A program made the position numbers and the translations under genes. Under the pieces are notes generated by a model. The model was not told the DNA's origin. It was given only the letters and a program-made list of their open reading frames with translations, and did not search any database. DNA of 64,000 bases from Kiritimatiellia bacterium (GTDB lineage: Bacteria > Verrucomicrobiota > Kiritimatiellia > JAAZAB01), in contig JBAZEM010000003.1 of NCBI GenBank assembly GCA_041653875.1, positions 34,587-98,586 of the forward strand, given 5' to 3'. The stretch's first letter is position 1. Every line of letters starts with the position of its first letter. Shown in pieces: positions 23,993 to 33,555 of this stretch.

Positions 23993-26900
23993 TCAGTCCC
24001 GGACCTCGAAGGTCAAAGGCAGGTGCACGTCGTTCTTGCCGTGCGGCACGGTCCCATCCCGGACATCATACCGGTCGCCGGTGTCCGAATCGTAAATTCC
24101 CATCCGCACGCTGTAGCGTCCGGTTTTGACGTCCGCCGGCGCCCGCACTTCGTTGTCAAACGGGCCGGCCCGCTCCGGCAAGCGCGGGAACCGCAAGCAG
24201 TCCGCCAGGCGATAATCGGCCTGGAACGCGATCCGGCCGGCCTGATCCACAAAGTGGACAAACACCACCAAGCGTTCCAATGGAATTCCCGCCGTTTCGA
24301 ACCGCCAGTCGAACCCAACGCCAAGCGGGTCGCCGCGGCGGACAACATCGGCGCTGAGCCGGGCGCCGATTAAACGCACACCGCCTTTAAACCGCACGGA
24401 AACGGGAATGTCCGGAAATGCCCGAACAGGTTTGGGTTCCGCCGGTTTGGGCGCCATGCGTCCGGCGTCGCGATCGATCGCGGCCTGGCACTGCTCGTTC
24501 AGCGCGGTCACGGTGGCCATGCAATCGGGCTTAATGGCAAGACTGTCGATTTCGACGTCGGCGCCCTCAAGCGGTTGAAGCGCAATCACATATTCTCCGC
24601 CCTTCGAGATGCGCAGGGGGCTTTGAATGTCAAAAAAATCGCCGCCGGCCATTGCGCGCGCATCCTGTCCGGGCGCTTCCAACTTGACCCGGTTTTGGCC
24701 GCAGACCGCGCCGGTCATATCGGAGGCCCGGATCAGAATTTCCCCGGCGCCCGAAGCGGATGGCGTCCGACACCGCAACCGGACCGCCACGGTATAACCG
24801 CCGGGATCGAGCCGCAACGGCGTGGCGCCGGCGATTGAGCGGACAACAGGATTGGTTTGGCTCGAATCCGCCGGGGTTGCGCGAATCGTTTTTCCGCCCG
24901 CGGCATTGTCCGCAATCGCGCCCCCGTCGAGCGTCAATTGCTCCGCCGCCAGGCGGATAAAATCCAGCGATTCGAGATAGGCGGGGCTGATGCCATAAAC
25001 CCGGCGGAACGAATCGGCATCGCGCACATTGCGGAGCGGAGCGGCGAGCGCTTGCAGTGTCTCCGCTTCCGGGCCTTTTAGCGGCCGCCCGGCGGCGGCC
25101 GCGCCGATCAAGGCCTGGGCGGCCAGGGTCGGGTTTTTCGTTTCCAGCGCGGCCCGGCATAAGAGCGGAGCGGCTTCCTGAAAACGGCCGAGGTTATACA
25201 ACATCGTGCCCGCATCCTCGGTGCCGGTGGCCCATCCCACCCAGACATTGCCGTAGGCCGCGGAAACCTGCAGGCGGTAAAACCACGGCCCGCCGTCCGT
25301 TGTCGGGAATTGGGCGCGCGGCTTGGGTATTTCGATGCAGGCGGCCTCTCCGGCCGCCAGGCTGATTTGACGGCGCGCGCCGCCGAGGGTCAACGCGATA
25401 TAATTGGGAACTGCGGAATTTTGCAGGATAACGCGGGACATTGCCGGCGGCCGCTCGCTCACCAGCCATTTGACCAGGGTTTTTGCCGGTTCAGCCCGCA
25501 TCAGTTTTTCACTGCGCAGGAATTCCGGGCCGTTGTCGAAAATGAACTGGTTGCCGGTCAACGACGGCTGGCGCTGATACACCGGCCTGCGAAAATCGTT
25601 CCGGATCAGCGGACTTTCCCCGAGGCACAGCGTGATCGGCAGATTGCGAAAAACCGCCAATGAAATCGGCTCCAGAAAAAACCGCTTGAGCGAGGGCAGG
25701 TCTTTGCGCGGCGTTTCCACATTGACCAGATGAACCGTGCCTTTGGCGGTTTCCGCCGGGGCGAACCCTTCCGGGCTGCACGTGTAATAATCGGCTGCGA
25801 CATGAAAGCTGCGCGGGATATTTTCCTTGATCCAGGCTTGCGCCATGCGGCCGACATCCTGATGCCAGAAAAAATAATCTTCATGAATGGCGGAGCGGAG
25901 CAGGAACCCGCAGGCGGCTGTAATCAATCCGACCTGGGCAAGCCGCCCCGCCCAACGCCAGGAGCGCAAGACGATTCGTTCCAGCCCCGTCGTCAACACG
26001 ACCGCCGCCATGAGAAAAATGCAGGGGGTAATCAGCGTATGATAGACGGGATGCGCGGCGGGGCGCAGAAGCAGGGCGACCAGAAACATAACCGGCATCG
26101 AATATAAAACGACATACCGGCCCCGGCTCCGCGCCAGGCCGATCAAACCAAGGATGGCGCCCATGCAAACGATCGGCCCCAAAATATGCGCCATGATGGG
26201 AAGGTTCCGTTGTATGGAATACATGAATTTGACCAGCTTCCCGCCGAAGCGGATATTTTCGGGAATTCCCCGATAACTCGATATTTGAAAGAAAAAGGCA
26301 ATGATATTTTGCGCCGTTTCCGTAAAATGCGTGAAAAGAGTGGGCATGGCCAGAAAAGTCATAATGACGCCCGCAACCGCCATCAGGGCGATGCGTCCGA
26401 GCGCGCCGGGCTTGAAAAGCGGGCGCAGGCCGCCGGCGCGCAGGACATGGGCGGCCAGGGCCGGCAAAATCGCCATACCGCCGTGATATTTAGACGCAAA
26501 GGCGCAGGCCGCGCTGATGGCGGCCAGCGCGTAGTCGCGGCAGCGGCCATGGCGGTAAATGCGGAAGGCATACAAAACCGAAAGTGTCGCGAAAAACGCG
26601 GCGGTCGTGTCGCAGGTGGCATAGTGGCAGGAAACGATGTCGGCCGGCGACAACGCCAGAAACGCGGCGGCGGTTAGTCCCGCCGCCCGGCCGAAATTTT
26701 CACGTCCAATCTTGAAGACCACCAGGATCAGCAGGGTCGCCAGGAACGCGTTCCATATCCGCATCAGGAACCACAAAGTCAGGAGGTTGGGCGCGCCTTT
26801 TTCGTAAGGCACGCCGATCAGGCGGAAGCACCCGTTACGCGCCAATTCGGCCGCGCGATACAGATATTCGACCAGGTGGGCATTGAAATACGGATAGGCG

Positions 26901-27235
26901 TCATAATCCAGGTCCCCGTAATGGACATAGTATTGGCCGTGCAAGAACCGTTCGACGGCCCGGATCTGCTTGGCCGTGTCGGGATGATAGTCGTTCCATT
27001 CGTGCAGATCGTGCGACAAACCCCAAAACCGCAGAATGAATCCGAAGACCATAATGGCCAACAGCAGACCGCGCAGTGCCGGCCCCATCGGCGACGAAGG
27101 AATTGGCTCACTGCCATCGGCGCTATTTGAGGCGGGGGCGGCGGAGTGTTGCGGGCACCGATTCGGGCGGAATATGGCGGATAAATTCATCGGACACAAC
27201 TTGCACCGACTTTCAACGTTGGCAATGTCATTCAA
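23993..27235 (-). CDS. Large polytopic membrane protein, GT-C-fold glycosyltransferase-like (PMT_2/ArnT-like) with ~600-aa periplasmic C-terminal extension
   Basis: The N-terminal half has many hydrophobic helices (LLLAIMVFGFILRFWGL..., LTLWFLMRIWNAFLATLLILVVF...). The C-terminal half is soluble and includes a TPR-like stretch. Context is GT2 plus GtrA genes. The start codon is uncertain. Confidence 0.65.
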   Translation of the reverse strand: MNDIANVESRCKLCPMNLSAIFRPNRCPQHSAAPASNSADGSEPIPSSPMGPALRGLLLAIMVFGFILRFWGLSHDLHEWNDYHPDTAKQIRAVERFLHGQYYVHYGDLDYDAYPYFNAHLVEYLYRAAELARNGCFRLIGVPYEKGAPNLLTLWFLMRIWNAFLATLLILVVFKIGRENFGRAAGLTAAAFLALSPADIVSCHYATCDTTAAFFATLSVLYAFRIYRHGRCRDYALAAISAACAFASKYHGGMAILPALAAHVLRAGGLRPLFKPGALGRIALMAVAGVIMTFLAMPTLFTHFTETAQNIIAFFFQISSYRGIPENIRFGGKLVKFMYSIQRNLPIMAHILGPIVCMGAILGLIGLARSRGRYVVLYSMPVMFLVALLLRPAAHPVYHTLITPCIFLMAAVVLTTGLERIVLRSWRWAGRLAQVGLITAACGFLLRSAIHEDYFFWHQDVGRMAQAWIKENIPRSFHVAADYYTCSPEGFAPAETAKGTVHLVNVETPRKDLPSLKRFFLEPISLAVFRNLPITLCLGESPLIRNDFRRPVYQRQPSLTGNQFIFDNGPEFLRSEKLMRAEPAKTLVKWLVSERPPAMSRVILQNSAVPNYIALTLGGARRQISLAAGEAACIEIPKPRAQFPTTDGGPWFYRLQVSAAYGNVWVGWATGTEDAGTMLYNLGRFQEAAPLLCRAALETKNPTLAAQALIGAAAAGRPLKGPEAETLQALAAPLRNVRDADSFRRVYGISPAYLESLDFIRLAAEQLTLDGGAIADNAAGGKTIRATPADSSQTNPVVRSIAGATPLRLDPGGYTVAVRLRCRTPSASGAGEILIRASDMTGAVCGQNRVKLEAPGQDARAMAGGDFFDIQSPLRISKGGEYVIALQPLEGADVEIDSLAIKPDCMATVTALNEQCQAAIDRDAGRMAPKPAEPKPVRAFPDIPVSVRFKGGVRLIGARLSADVVRRGDPLGVGFDWRFETAGIPLERLVVFVHFVDQAGRIAFQADYRLADCLRFPRLPERAGPFDNEVRAPADVKTGRYSVRMGIYDSDTGDRYDVRDGTVPHGKNDVHLPLTFEVRD

Positions 27236-27250
27236 AACACAGCGGCTCTA

Positions 27251-27330
27251 TCCACCGTAGGCGGACAAGTCGAACCGCAGCTACACCCGTTCGGTGTAGT
27301 CGCCGTTCGATAGAACGGCATCGTTGCCGA
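27251..27330. repeat. Family C REP pair
   Basis: tccaccgtaggcggacaagtcgaaccgcagctacaccc ... ggtgtagtcgccgttcgatagaacggc. Confidence 0.65.
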
Positions 27331-27339
27331 AATCTGAAT

Positions 27340-28569
27340 TTATCGGATTTGCCTCGCCCGGGCCAGACTGCGGGCCTCGACGCTTTGGATCTCCACAAAT
27401 CCCTGCGAGCTGACGGGGTTCAGCCCCCGGCTGGCTTCCATGGAAGAATCCGCCGGATTATAGAGCGAGCCGGGACAGTCGGTCAGTTTCTGGAAATAGA
27501 TGTTGCCTTTGTAAAGGCCCACCTGCACGCTTCCCGTGGCGGATGCGGCCAGAACGTCGATGGCGGCCAAGGCCGCGCGCGTGGCCGGGTCGAAATAGCG
27601 GCCGTCATAGATCTGATTGGCCGCCAGGTTCGAAAGCTGCTTGAACAGCAGGGTGGCGCGCCGATCCAAGGTCGCCTGATAAACGAACTCCAGACAGCGG
27701 CCCAGCAGTTCCATGCCGGGCGCTTCATAAACCCCGCGGCTCTTGGTGCCGATAATCCGATTTTCCAGGGCGTTCTTCATGCCGACGCCATTGCGCCCGC
27801 CGATCCGGTTGGCCATCCGCATGGCCTCCAGGGTCCCGACTTTTTTGCCGTTAAGGCGCGTGGCGCGCGCCTTCTCGAAATGCACGCTAAACCGTTCCAC
27901 TTTGTCCGGGGCCTTCTCCGGCCAGACGCCCATGGTGGGCGTGACGATCGTGCAGGGGGTTTGAAGACTTTCCAGGTCCTCGGCCTCGTGGGAGAGTCCC
28001 GCCAAATTGGCGTCGGTGGAATATTTTTTCTTGCCGCCGGCGAAGGCATCCATGCCAAAACCCTTGAGATAGGCCGCCATCTGGGTGCGGCCGGGAAATT
28101 CGTTGAGCAAGGCGGGATCGCGCCAGGGCGCATACACGTTCATCGCGGGGGCCAGCACATTGGTGTAGCGCTCGAAACGCACCTGGTCGTTGCCCCGCCC
28201 GGTGGCCCCATGCGCCAGCACCGTGCAGCCGCGCTTTTTCATTTCAGGAATCAGGCCCCGCACAGTCACCGCCCGCGCCAGGCCGGTGCTGTTCCAGTAG
28301 CCGCCGTCATACATGGCCTGGGCCTTGATGACCTCGAAGCAGGCCTCGGCCATGGCGAGCTTGAGATCCACGATCACCGTGCTCGCGCCGCAGGGCGCCA
28401 TGCGGGCGCGGACGGCGCGAATATCGGATTCGTCCGGCTGGCCGAGGTCGGCCGTGAAGCACACGACATCAACACCCAGGTCAACGAGCTTTTTTGTGAT
28501 GGTCCGGCTGTCCAAGCCGCCGGAAACGCACAGGCCGACTTTTTCGTTCTTCAGTTCGTCAATCGTCAT
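27340..28569 (-). CDS. argG: Argininosuccinate synthase (E. coli-type)
   Basis: VGLCVSGGLDS, YSTDANLAGLSHEAEDLE, NRIGGRNGVGMKNALENRIIGTKSRGVYEAPGMELL. Confidence 0.92.
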   Translation of the reverse strand: MTIDELKNEKVGLCVSGGLDSRTITKKLVDLGVDVVCFTADLGQPDESDIRAVRARMAPCGASTVIVDLKLAMAEACFEVIKAQAMYDGGYWNSTGLARAVTVRGLIPEMKKRGCTVLAHGATGRGNDQVRFERYTNVLAPAMNVYAPWRDPALLNEFPGRTQMAAYLKGFGMDAFAGGKKKYSTDANLAGLSHEAEDLESLQTPCTIVTPTMGVWPEKAPDKVERFSVHFEKARATRLNGKKVGTLEAMRMANRIGGRNGVGMKNALENRIIGTKSRGVYEAPGMELLGRCLEFVYQATLDRRATLLFKQLSNLAANQIYDGRYFDPATRAALAAIDVLAASATGSVQVGLYKGNIYFQKLTDCPGSLYNPADSSMEASRGLNPVSSQGFVEIQSVEARSLARARQIR

Positions 28570-29522
28570 AGGAATTTCCTTTCTCCAAAAACGCGCTGAA
28601 CGGCAACGCCGGTAATGTCCTTGATTGTGGCTTCGCTCACCCCCCAGTAGGGCAAAACATCCTCCACCAGCGATCGGTACAGGCAGAGCGAAGGATAGCC
28701 GGATTCGTAGGGCGGGTACAGTTTTTCGCTGATGGGGTGGGGAGCATGATCGGTTTCGATCCAGTCGATTTCACCCCGCTTGAGCGCCTGGCGCAGGGCG
28801 ATGGTATCGGCCAACTCGCGCAACGGCGGATTGACTTTATAAAGCAGGCCTTCCCGGCCTTTCATGTGATCCGCCGACCACAGCAGATGGTGGGGGGTGA
28901 CGCCGCAGGTGATATTCAGGTCCGAGCGCGCGGCCTTGACAAGCTCCAACGACGACGCGGTGGAAAGGTGGCAGATGTGCAAAGTTCCCTGGAAATTAAC
29001 CGCCCGGGCGAACGCGATCTGATCGGCGATCGAGGCCGTTTCGGCCTGGGGCGGACGGGCCAGGCTGTGACTGGCCGGGCGGGCGGGATCGAAACCGCGG
29101 GTGAAAATGGACTCTTTTTCGGCATGCACCGCCAGCATGCCGTGATAACCGGCGGCGGCCAGAAACGCATATACTTTTTTTTGGTCGGCTTCGCGCGCCA
29201 GGGCCAGGGCGCCCACCGAAGGGCCGGCATAGAGTTTGATGCCGACGACCTGGCCGCAATGATCGACCAGGCCGGCGGCTTCGCGCAATTGCTTTTCGTC
29301 GGCCGTGGCGCCCATGTAAAGCCGGTAACGTTTCAGGTCGGCGCGCGGGACAAGCGCCAGACGCGCCGTCACGTCGCGTTCCGTCAGGATCGGCGGGTCC
29401 GTATTGGGCATATCGAAAATCATGTCCACCCCTTGCGCGTCGCACAGCTTCAGGACGTGGGTAATGGTTTCCTTGTAAGCCTGTTGACCGTCGCGGCAAT
29501 GGACGTGGGGATCGATTCTCAT
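28566..29522 (-). CDS. pyrC: Dihydroorotase (short amidohydrolase type)
   Basis: IDPHVHCRD, IKLY, AVHAE, ICHLSTA, ETDHAPH metal-ligand pattern. 4-nt overlaps with both argG and pyrE. Confidence 0.82.
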   Translation of the reverse strand: MRIDPHVHCRDGQQAYKETITHVLKLCDAQGVDMIFDMPNTDPPILTERDVTARLALVPRADLKRYRLYMGATADEKQLREAAGLVDHCGQVVGIKLYAGPSVGALALAREADQKKVYAFLAAAGYHGMLAVHAEKESIFTRGFDPARPASHSLARPPQAETASIADQIAFARAVNFQGTLHICHLSTASSLELVKAARSDLNITCGVTPHHLLWSADHMKGREGLLYKVNPPLRELADTIALRQALKRGEIDWIETDHAPHPISEKLYPPYESGYPSLCLYRSLVEDVLPYWGVSEATIKDITGVAVQRVFGERKFL

Positions 29523-30295
29523 GGCGTCTTCGCAATGCGCTCAAGGTCGGCGCCGATTCGGGGATATGTGTTTATAATCCGGGCGGCTTTGGCCTGGGTT
29601 TTGGGGTCCTGGTAAAATTTGCGAAAATAGTCCGGACGGCTAAGCAAGGCGCGTTCCGCCCAGGCATCCCGGCTGCCCTGGCGGGCGACCAGTTCGGCAT
29701 AAAGCGCCGCGGAGACGCGCCCGGTTTCCCGCGCGATACTCCAGGCGCGCGCATCCAACGGCACAACGCAAAACAGCCGGATGCCCAGTTCTTTCAGAAG
29801 CGCGAACCCGTCTTCCATGCGGTCCACGAACGAAACCACCCCGGCCAGCCGGCCGCCGCCGCGCTCGATGATCGGTTTCCAATAATCCCGCACCGAGGAT
29901 CCCTCGTTATTCAGGTCGGCCACGTGAAGAAATATTTTCCCGGCAATATCGGCCCCCAGCACCTTGCCGTCCTTGTACATCTTGAGATGCGGCTTGCGCA
30001 GGGCAACGGCGACCGGATTGGAGAAATCCCAGTCGCGCGTTTCGCCGCCGGAAATGGCGTCGAACGCGCCGAACTCCGTCCGGATCAGGCCGGCAAGCGA
30101 CTGGATCGCCGCGGCATAGGCCGGCCCATCCTTTTCCACCGTGATGCTCTGGACATAGTAAGGGCCCACCTGGCCGGAGGTGTAAGGGAACCAGGGTGTG
30201 CGCTCATCCACGAACCGGAATGCGCCGGTATTCAGCAGGTTCCGCAGATTGATTGCCTGTGCGGCAATGGCATCGAATGCAGTCATGGTCGGCAT
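29519..30295 (-). CDS. pyrE: Orotate phosphoribosyltransferase-like
   Basis: Start taken at MPTMTAFDAIAAQ. PRPP-type loop FLHVADLNNEGSS and ISGGETRDW. The 507-aa track ORF is an over-extension into the ATPase gene. Confidence 0.7.
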   Translation of the reverse strand: MPTMTAFDAIAAQAINLRNLLNTGAFRFVDERTPWFPYTSGQVGPYYVQSITVEKDGPAYAAAIQSLAGLIRTEFGAFDAISGGETRDWDFSNPVAVALRKPHLKMYKDGKVLGADIAGKIFLHVADLNNEGSSVRDYWKPIIERGGGRLAGVVSFVDRMEDGFALLKELGIRLFCVVPLDARAWSIARETGRVSAALYAELVARQGSRDAWAERALLSRPDYFRKFYQDPKTQAKAARIINTYPRIGADLERIAKTP

Positions 30296-30444
30296 CGTCT
30301 TCCCCCGTGTGTGTTTCGCACCATACCAATGCGAAAACCCCGCAACCCAAAGTTTTTTCTGCCTTAGGCGGACCCGCCTCCGGCGGGTACCACGAAACAC
30401 ACAAAACACACGAAAGTTCAGCAAAACAATATTACAGATTCTAT

Positions 30445-33219
30445 TCAGGCCGGCGCCTTGCGGCGCAACAAAAACTTCTCCAGCTCGACCGCCCAGAACA
30501 GCGTCGAGCTCAGGACGGCGCAGATCGCCAGATCGAAGGCCGATAACGGCGCGGTTTGAAAGAACTTCTGGAGGAAAGGCGCGTACACCAGGGCCAACTG
30601 CAGAACGATCGTCAGCAACACCGCGCCCAGCAGCGGCTTGTTGGTGAACACCCCCACCGTGAAGAGCGATTGCCGATTGGATCGGATCGCCATGACATGC
30701 GCCAGTTGGAGGAACGTCAGCGTCGTAAAAACGACGGTGCGGAAATGCGCGATGACGTCCTGGCCGCCGCCATGCGCCTTGCCCAGACCGGCGACCCAGT
30801 AACCGGCGCCCAGCGACACCGCGCACATCAGGAGCCCCACCCACAGGATGTGCCAGCCCATGCCCTGGCCAAGGATGTTGTCCGTCAAACGCCGGGGCCG
30901 GCGGCGCATAATATCGCGCTCGGCCGGCTCGACGCTGAGGGCCAGCGCCGGCAGGCCGTCGGTCACCAGGTTCATCCAGAGAATCTGGATCGGCAGCAAG
31001 GGCAGGGGCATTCCCATGAACGGCGCCAGCAGCATGACCCATAACTCGCCGGAGTTCGTGCTCAGAAGATACTTGATGAATTTACGGATGTTGTCGTAAA
31101 TCGCGCGACCTTCCTCGACGGCGGCGACAATCGTGGCGAAATTGTCGTCCTGCAAGACCATGTCGGCGACCTCCTTGGTGACATCGGTGCCGGTAATGCC
31201 CATGGCCACGCCGATATCCGATTTCCGCAGAGCGGGCGCATCGTTGACCCCGTCGCCCGTCATGGCGACAACGTGCCCGCGTTGCTGCAAGGCCTGGATG
31301 ATTTTGAGTTTGTGTTCCGGGGAAACGCGCGCGTAAACGGCCGTGTCTTCAACCCGGTCGTAAAGCTCGGCGGGCGACAGTTTGTCGAGGTCGGCCCCCG
31401 TCAAAACCGCGCCGTCGGCGGCGATGCCCAGTTGCCGGGCTATTTCCCGGGCGGTCAGGGGGTGGTCGCCGGTGATCATCACCGGCCGGATGCCGGCCGT
31501 CCGGCAGGTTTGAACCGCGGCGCGCACCTCCTGGCGCGGCGGATCGATCATGCCGATCAAGCCGAGGAAAACCATGTTTCGCTCCAGGTCCTGCTTTACG
31601 CCGCCGCCATCCAGCAGGCGGAACGCGACACCCAGCACGCGCATGCCGGCCTGCGCAAGCGCGTCGTTGGCGGCAAGTATCTCCTTGCGCCTGTCCGCGG
31701 TCAGCGGCCGGGCGCCGGCCGAAGTCCAGGCTTCGGCGCAGACATCAAGCAGGCTGTCAACGGCGCCTTTGCAAAAGGCCGCATCAGGCCTCCGGCCGCC
31801 GTCATCCGCCCGCATGGCCTTGGCGAGATCCGGAGGAACAGCCGGGCCGATGCTATGAACGGTCGTCATCCGCTTGCGATCCGAATCGAAGGGGATTTCG
31901 TCCACGCGCTGAAAAACCTGCTCCAATTCCTGCTTGAACAATCCCATGGCGGCGGCCGCCACCACCAGGGCGCCCTCGGTCGGATCGCCGATGGCCTGCA
32001 GGTGTTCGTTCCGGCCGGCGCGCGGTTTCAAAATGGCGTCGTTACAAAGAGCGCCGGCCGTCAAAAGCAGGCCGATGCCCGGATGGCCATCCAACGGCAG
32101 GCGCCGGTCGGTCTGGTCATCCCAAACCGGGCCATCGCGCCCCAACCGCTCGGTCAGGTCGATTCTATCCCCGCCAACGTCCAAGACGGTGACGGTCATG
32201 CGATTTTCCGTCAACGTGCCGGTTTTGTCGGAGCAGATGACTGTGACCGACCCCAGCGTTTCAACCGCCAGGAGCTTGCGAATCAATGTCCGCCGCGAGA
32301 GCATCCGTTGCGCGCCAAGGGCCAGCGCGATCGTCACCACCGCCGGCAAACCCTCCGGCACGGCGGCAACCGCCATGCTGATGGCGGTCAGAAACATGAG
32401 TTTGACGTTCGCCATGCCCAGGCCGCCGCGAATCAGGCCCTGGAAAAAGATGACGGCCACCAGGGCCAGGGCCGCCAGCGCCAGACCTTTGCCCAGTTGG
32501 TCGAGCCTTTTTTGCAAAGGGGTTGCCTCGCGCTTGACGCCCTGAATCAGCGTGGCGATGCCCCCCAATTCCGTGCGCATGCCGGTGGCCGTGATCAAGG
32601 CCAGCCCGCGGCCATACGTGACGATCGTTCCCATATAGGCCATGTTGCGGCGGTCCCCCAGCGCAACCTCCGCGCCCTCAAGACGGGCGACATTTTTTTC
32701 CACCGGCTCCGACTCGCCGGTGAGGGCCGCTTCCTGCACGCGCAGATTGGCCGTCTCCAGCAGGCGGCAATCGGCCGGAACGAGGTTGCCGGCTTCCAGA
32801 AACAGAATGTCGCCCGGCGCCAGGTCGCGCGAGGAAATCTCCTGCACGCCGCCGTTGCGCCGCACCTTTACGGTCGGCACGGACATTCTCCTGAGGGCCG
32901 CCATGGCCTTTTCGGCGCGGTATTCCTGGCTGAGTCCCAGCAGTGCGTTCAGCACGACAATGACGAAGATGACCGCGGCATCCGCATATTCGCCCAGGGC
33001 GGCGGAAACGATGGCGGCGGCGATCAGGACGACGATCAGGACGCCCGTGAATTGCTCCCGCAGAATCACCCAGGGACTCTTGATGCCCCGCTCCTCCAGC
33101 GCGTTGGGCCCGTAAGCATCCAGGCGTCGTTGGGCTTCCCGGTCGCTCAAGCCGCGTGAAGCATCGCTGTCGAGTTCGGCCAGAGATTCGGCGGTCGAAA
33201 TGTTCCACCAGGCGTTCAT
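30445..33219 (-). CDS. P-type (P2A, SERCA/PMCA/SPCA-like) cation-transporting ATPase, probably Ca2+(/Mn2+)
   Basis: [56 protein letters not shown]. The likely start is MNAWWNIST at 33219; the track ORF extends to 33291. Confidence 0.92.
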   Translation of the reverse strand: MNAWWNISTAESLAELDSDASRGLSDREAQRRLDAYGPNALEERGIKSPWVILREQFTGVLIVVLIAAAIVSAALGEYADAAVIFVIVVLNALLGLSQEYRAEKAMAALRRMSVPTVKVRRNGGVQEISSRDLAPGDILFLEAGNLVPADCRLLETANLRVQEAALTGESEPVEKNVARLEGAEVALGDRRNMAYMGTIVTYGRGLALITATGMRTELGGIATLIQGVKREATPLQKRLDQLGKGLALAALALVAVIFFQGLIRGGLGMANVKLMFLTAISMAVAAVPEGLPAVVTIALALGAQRMLSRRTLIRKLLAVETLGSVTVICSDKTGTLTENRMTVTVLDVGGDRIDLTERLGRDGPVWDDQTDRRLPLDGHPGIGLLLTAGALCNDAILKPRAGRNEHLQAIGDPTEGALVVAAAAMGLFKQELEQVFQRVDEIPFDSDRKRMTTVHSIGPAVPPDLAKAMRADDGGRRPDAAFCKGAVDSLLDVCAEAWTSAGARPLTADRRKEILAANDALAQAGMRVLGVAFRLLDGGGVKQDLERNMVFLGLIGMIDPPRQEVRAAVQTCRTAGIRPVMITGDHPLTAREIARQLGIAADGAVLTGADLDKLSPAELYDRVEDTAVYARVSPEHKLKIIQALQQRGHVVAMTGDGVNDAPALRKSDIGVAMGITGTDVTKEVADMVLQDDNFATIVAAVEEGRAIYDNIRKFIKYLLSTNSGELWVMLLAPFMGMPLPLLPIQILWMNLVTDGLPALALSVEPAERDIMRRRPRRLTDNILGQGMGWHILWVGLLMCAVSLGAGYWVAGLGKAHGGGQDVIAHFRTVVFTTLTFLQLAHVMAIRSNRQSLFTVGVFTNKPLLGAVLLTIVLQLALVYAPFLQKFFQTAPLSAFDLAICAVLSSTLFWAVELEKFLLRRKAPA

Positions 33220-33294
33220 ATCGCGCGTCTCCCGATTCTGACAATGGCTGAAAACGGATATCATAAAGATTTTTGCCGGCCCATGCAACATTAA

Positions 33295-33442
33295 CCGGCG
33301 GCAATATGGGTCACTATTTGGGGGGGGGTGTAGATGCGGTTCGATAGAACCGCGGATTGCCGTTCTATCGAACGGCCACTACACCTCAGCCCGCGACCGC
33401 ATTAGGTTGCCCGCCCCCCATTTACTGACCCATTACCGGCGG
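33295..33442. repeat. Large composite palindrome (outer arms enclosing a family C REP pair) in a divergent promoter region
   Basis: Outer arms ccggcggcaatatgggtcactatttggggggg / ccccccatttactgacccattaccggcgg. Core ggtgtagatgcggttcgatagaaccgc ... gccgttctatcgaacggccactacacc. Confidence 0.75.
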
Positions 33443-33555
33443 CACGACTTTACGGTTGCAGGGGAGGCGGCGCTTCTGTTAAAAGACCTGCTTGTGTCAA
33501 TCGGAACAAGATGTTTTTCCGCGGTGGAACGCGCCGGTGCGCAAAAGGGGACGCC

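Noticed and set aside
27076-28599. 507-aa ORF on the plus strand.
   Set aside because: It is antisense to argG and to the 5' end of the GT-C gene, and has a shadow-ORF composition.
29519-31042. The 507-aa version of the pyrE ORF.
   Set aside because: The N-terminal ~250 codons overlap the 3' end of the ATPase gene and the repeat-filled spacer, and they look non-coding (Arg/Gly/Pro-rich). The OPRTase-like sequence begins at Met 30295.
31273-33159. 628-aa ORF on the plus strand.
   Set aside because: It is antisense to the P-type ATPase, whose [14 protein letters not shown] and other motifs are unambiguous.
33449-33482. Possible yybP-ykoY Mn2+ riboswitch upstream of the UPF0016 gene (gcaGGGGAGgcg ... 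aAAGACCtgc).
   Set aside because: Only the flanks of the closing helix resemble the consensus (GGGGAGUAG ... GCAAGACC). The interior is ~14 nt instead of the ~70-nt four-way junction, and the conserved UUGACA element is downstream in the wrong order. The gene context is tempting, but the RNA is not supported. A cmsearch run would settle it.
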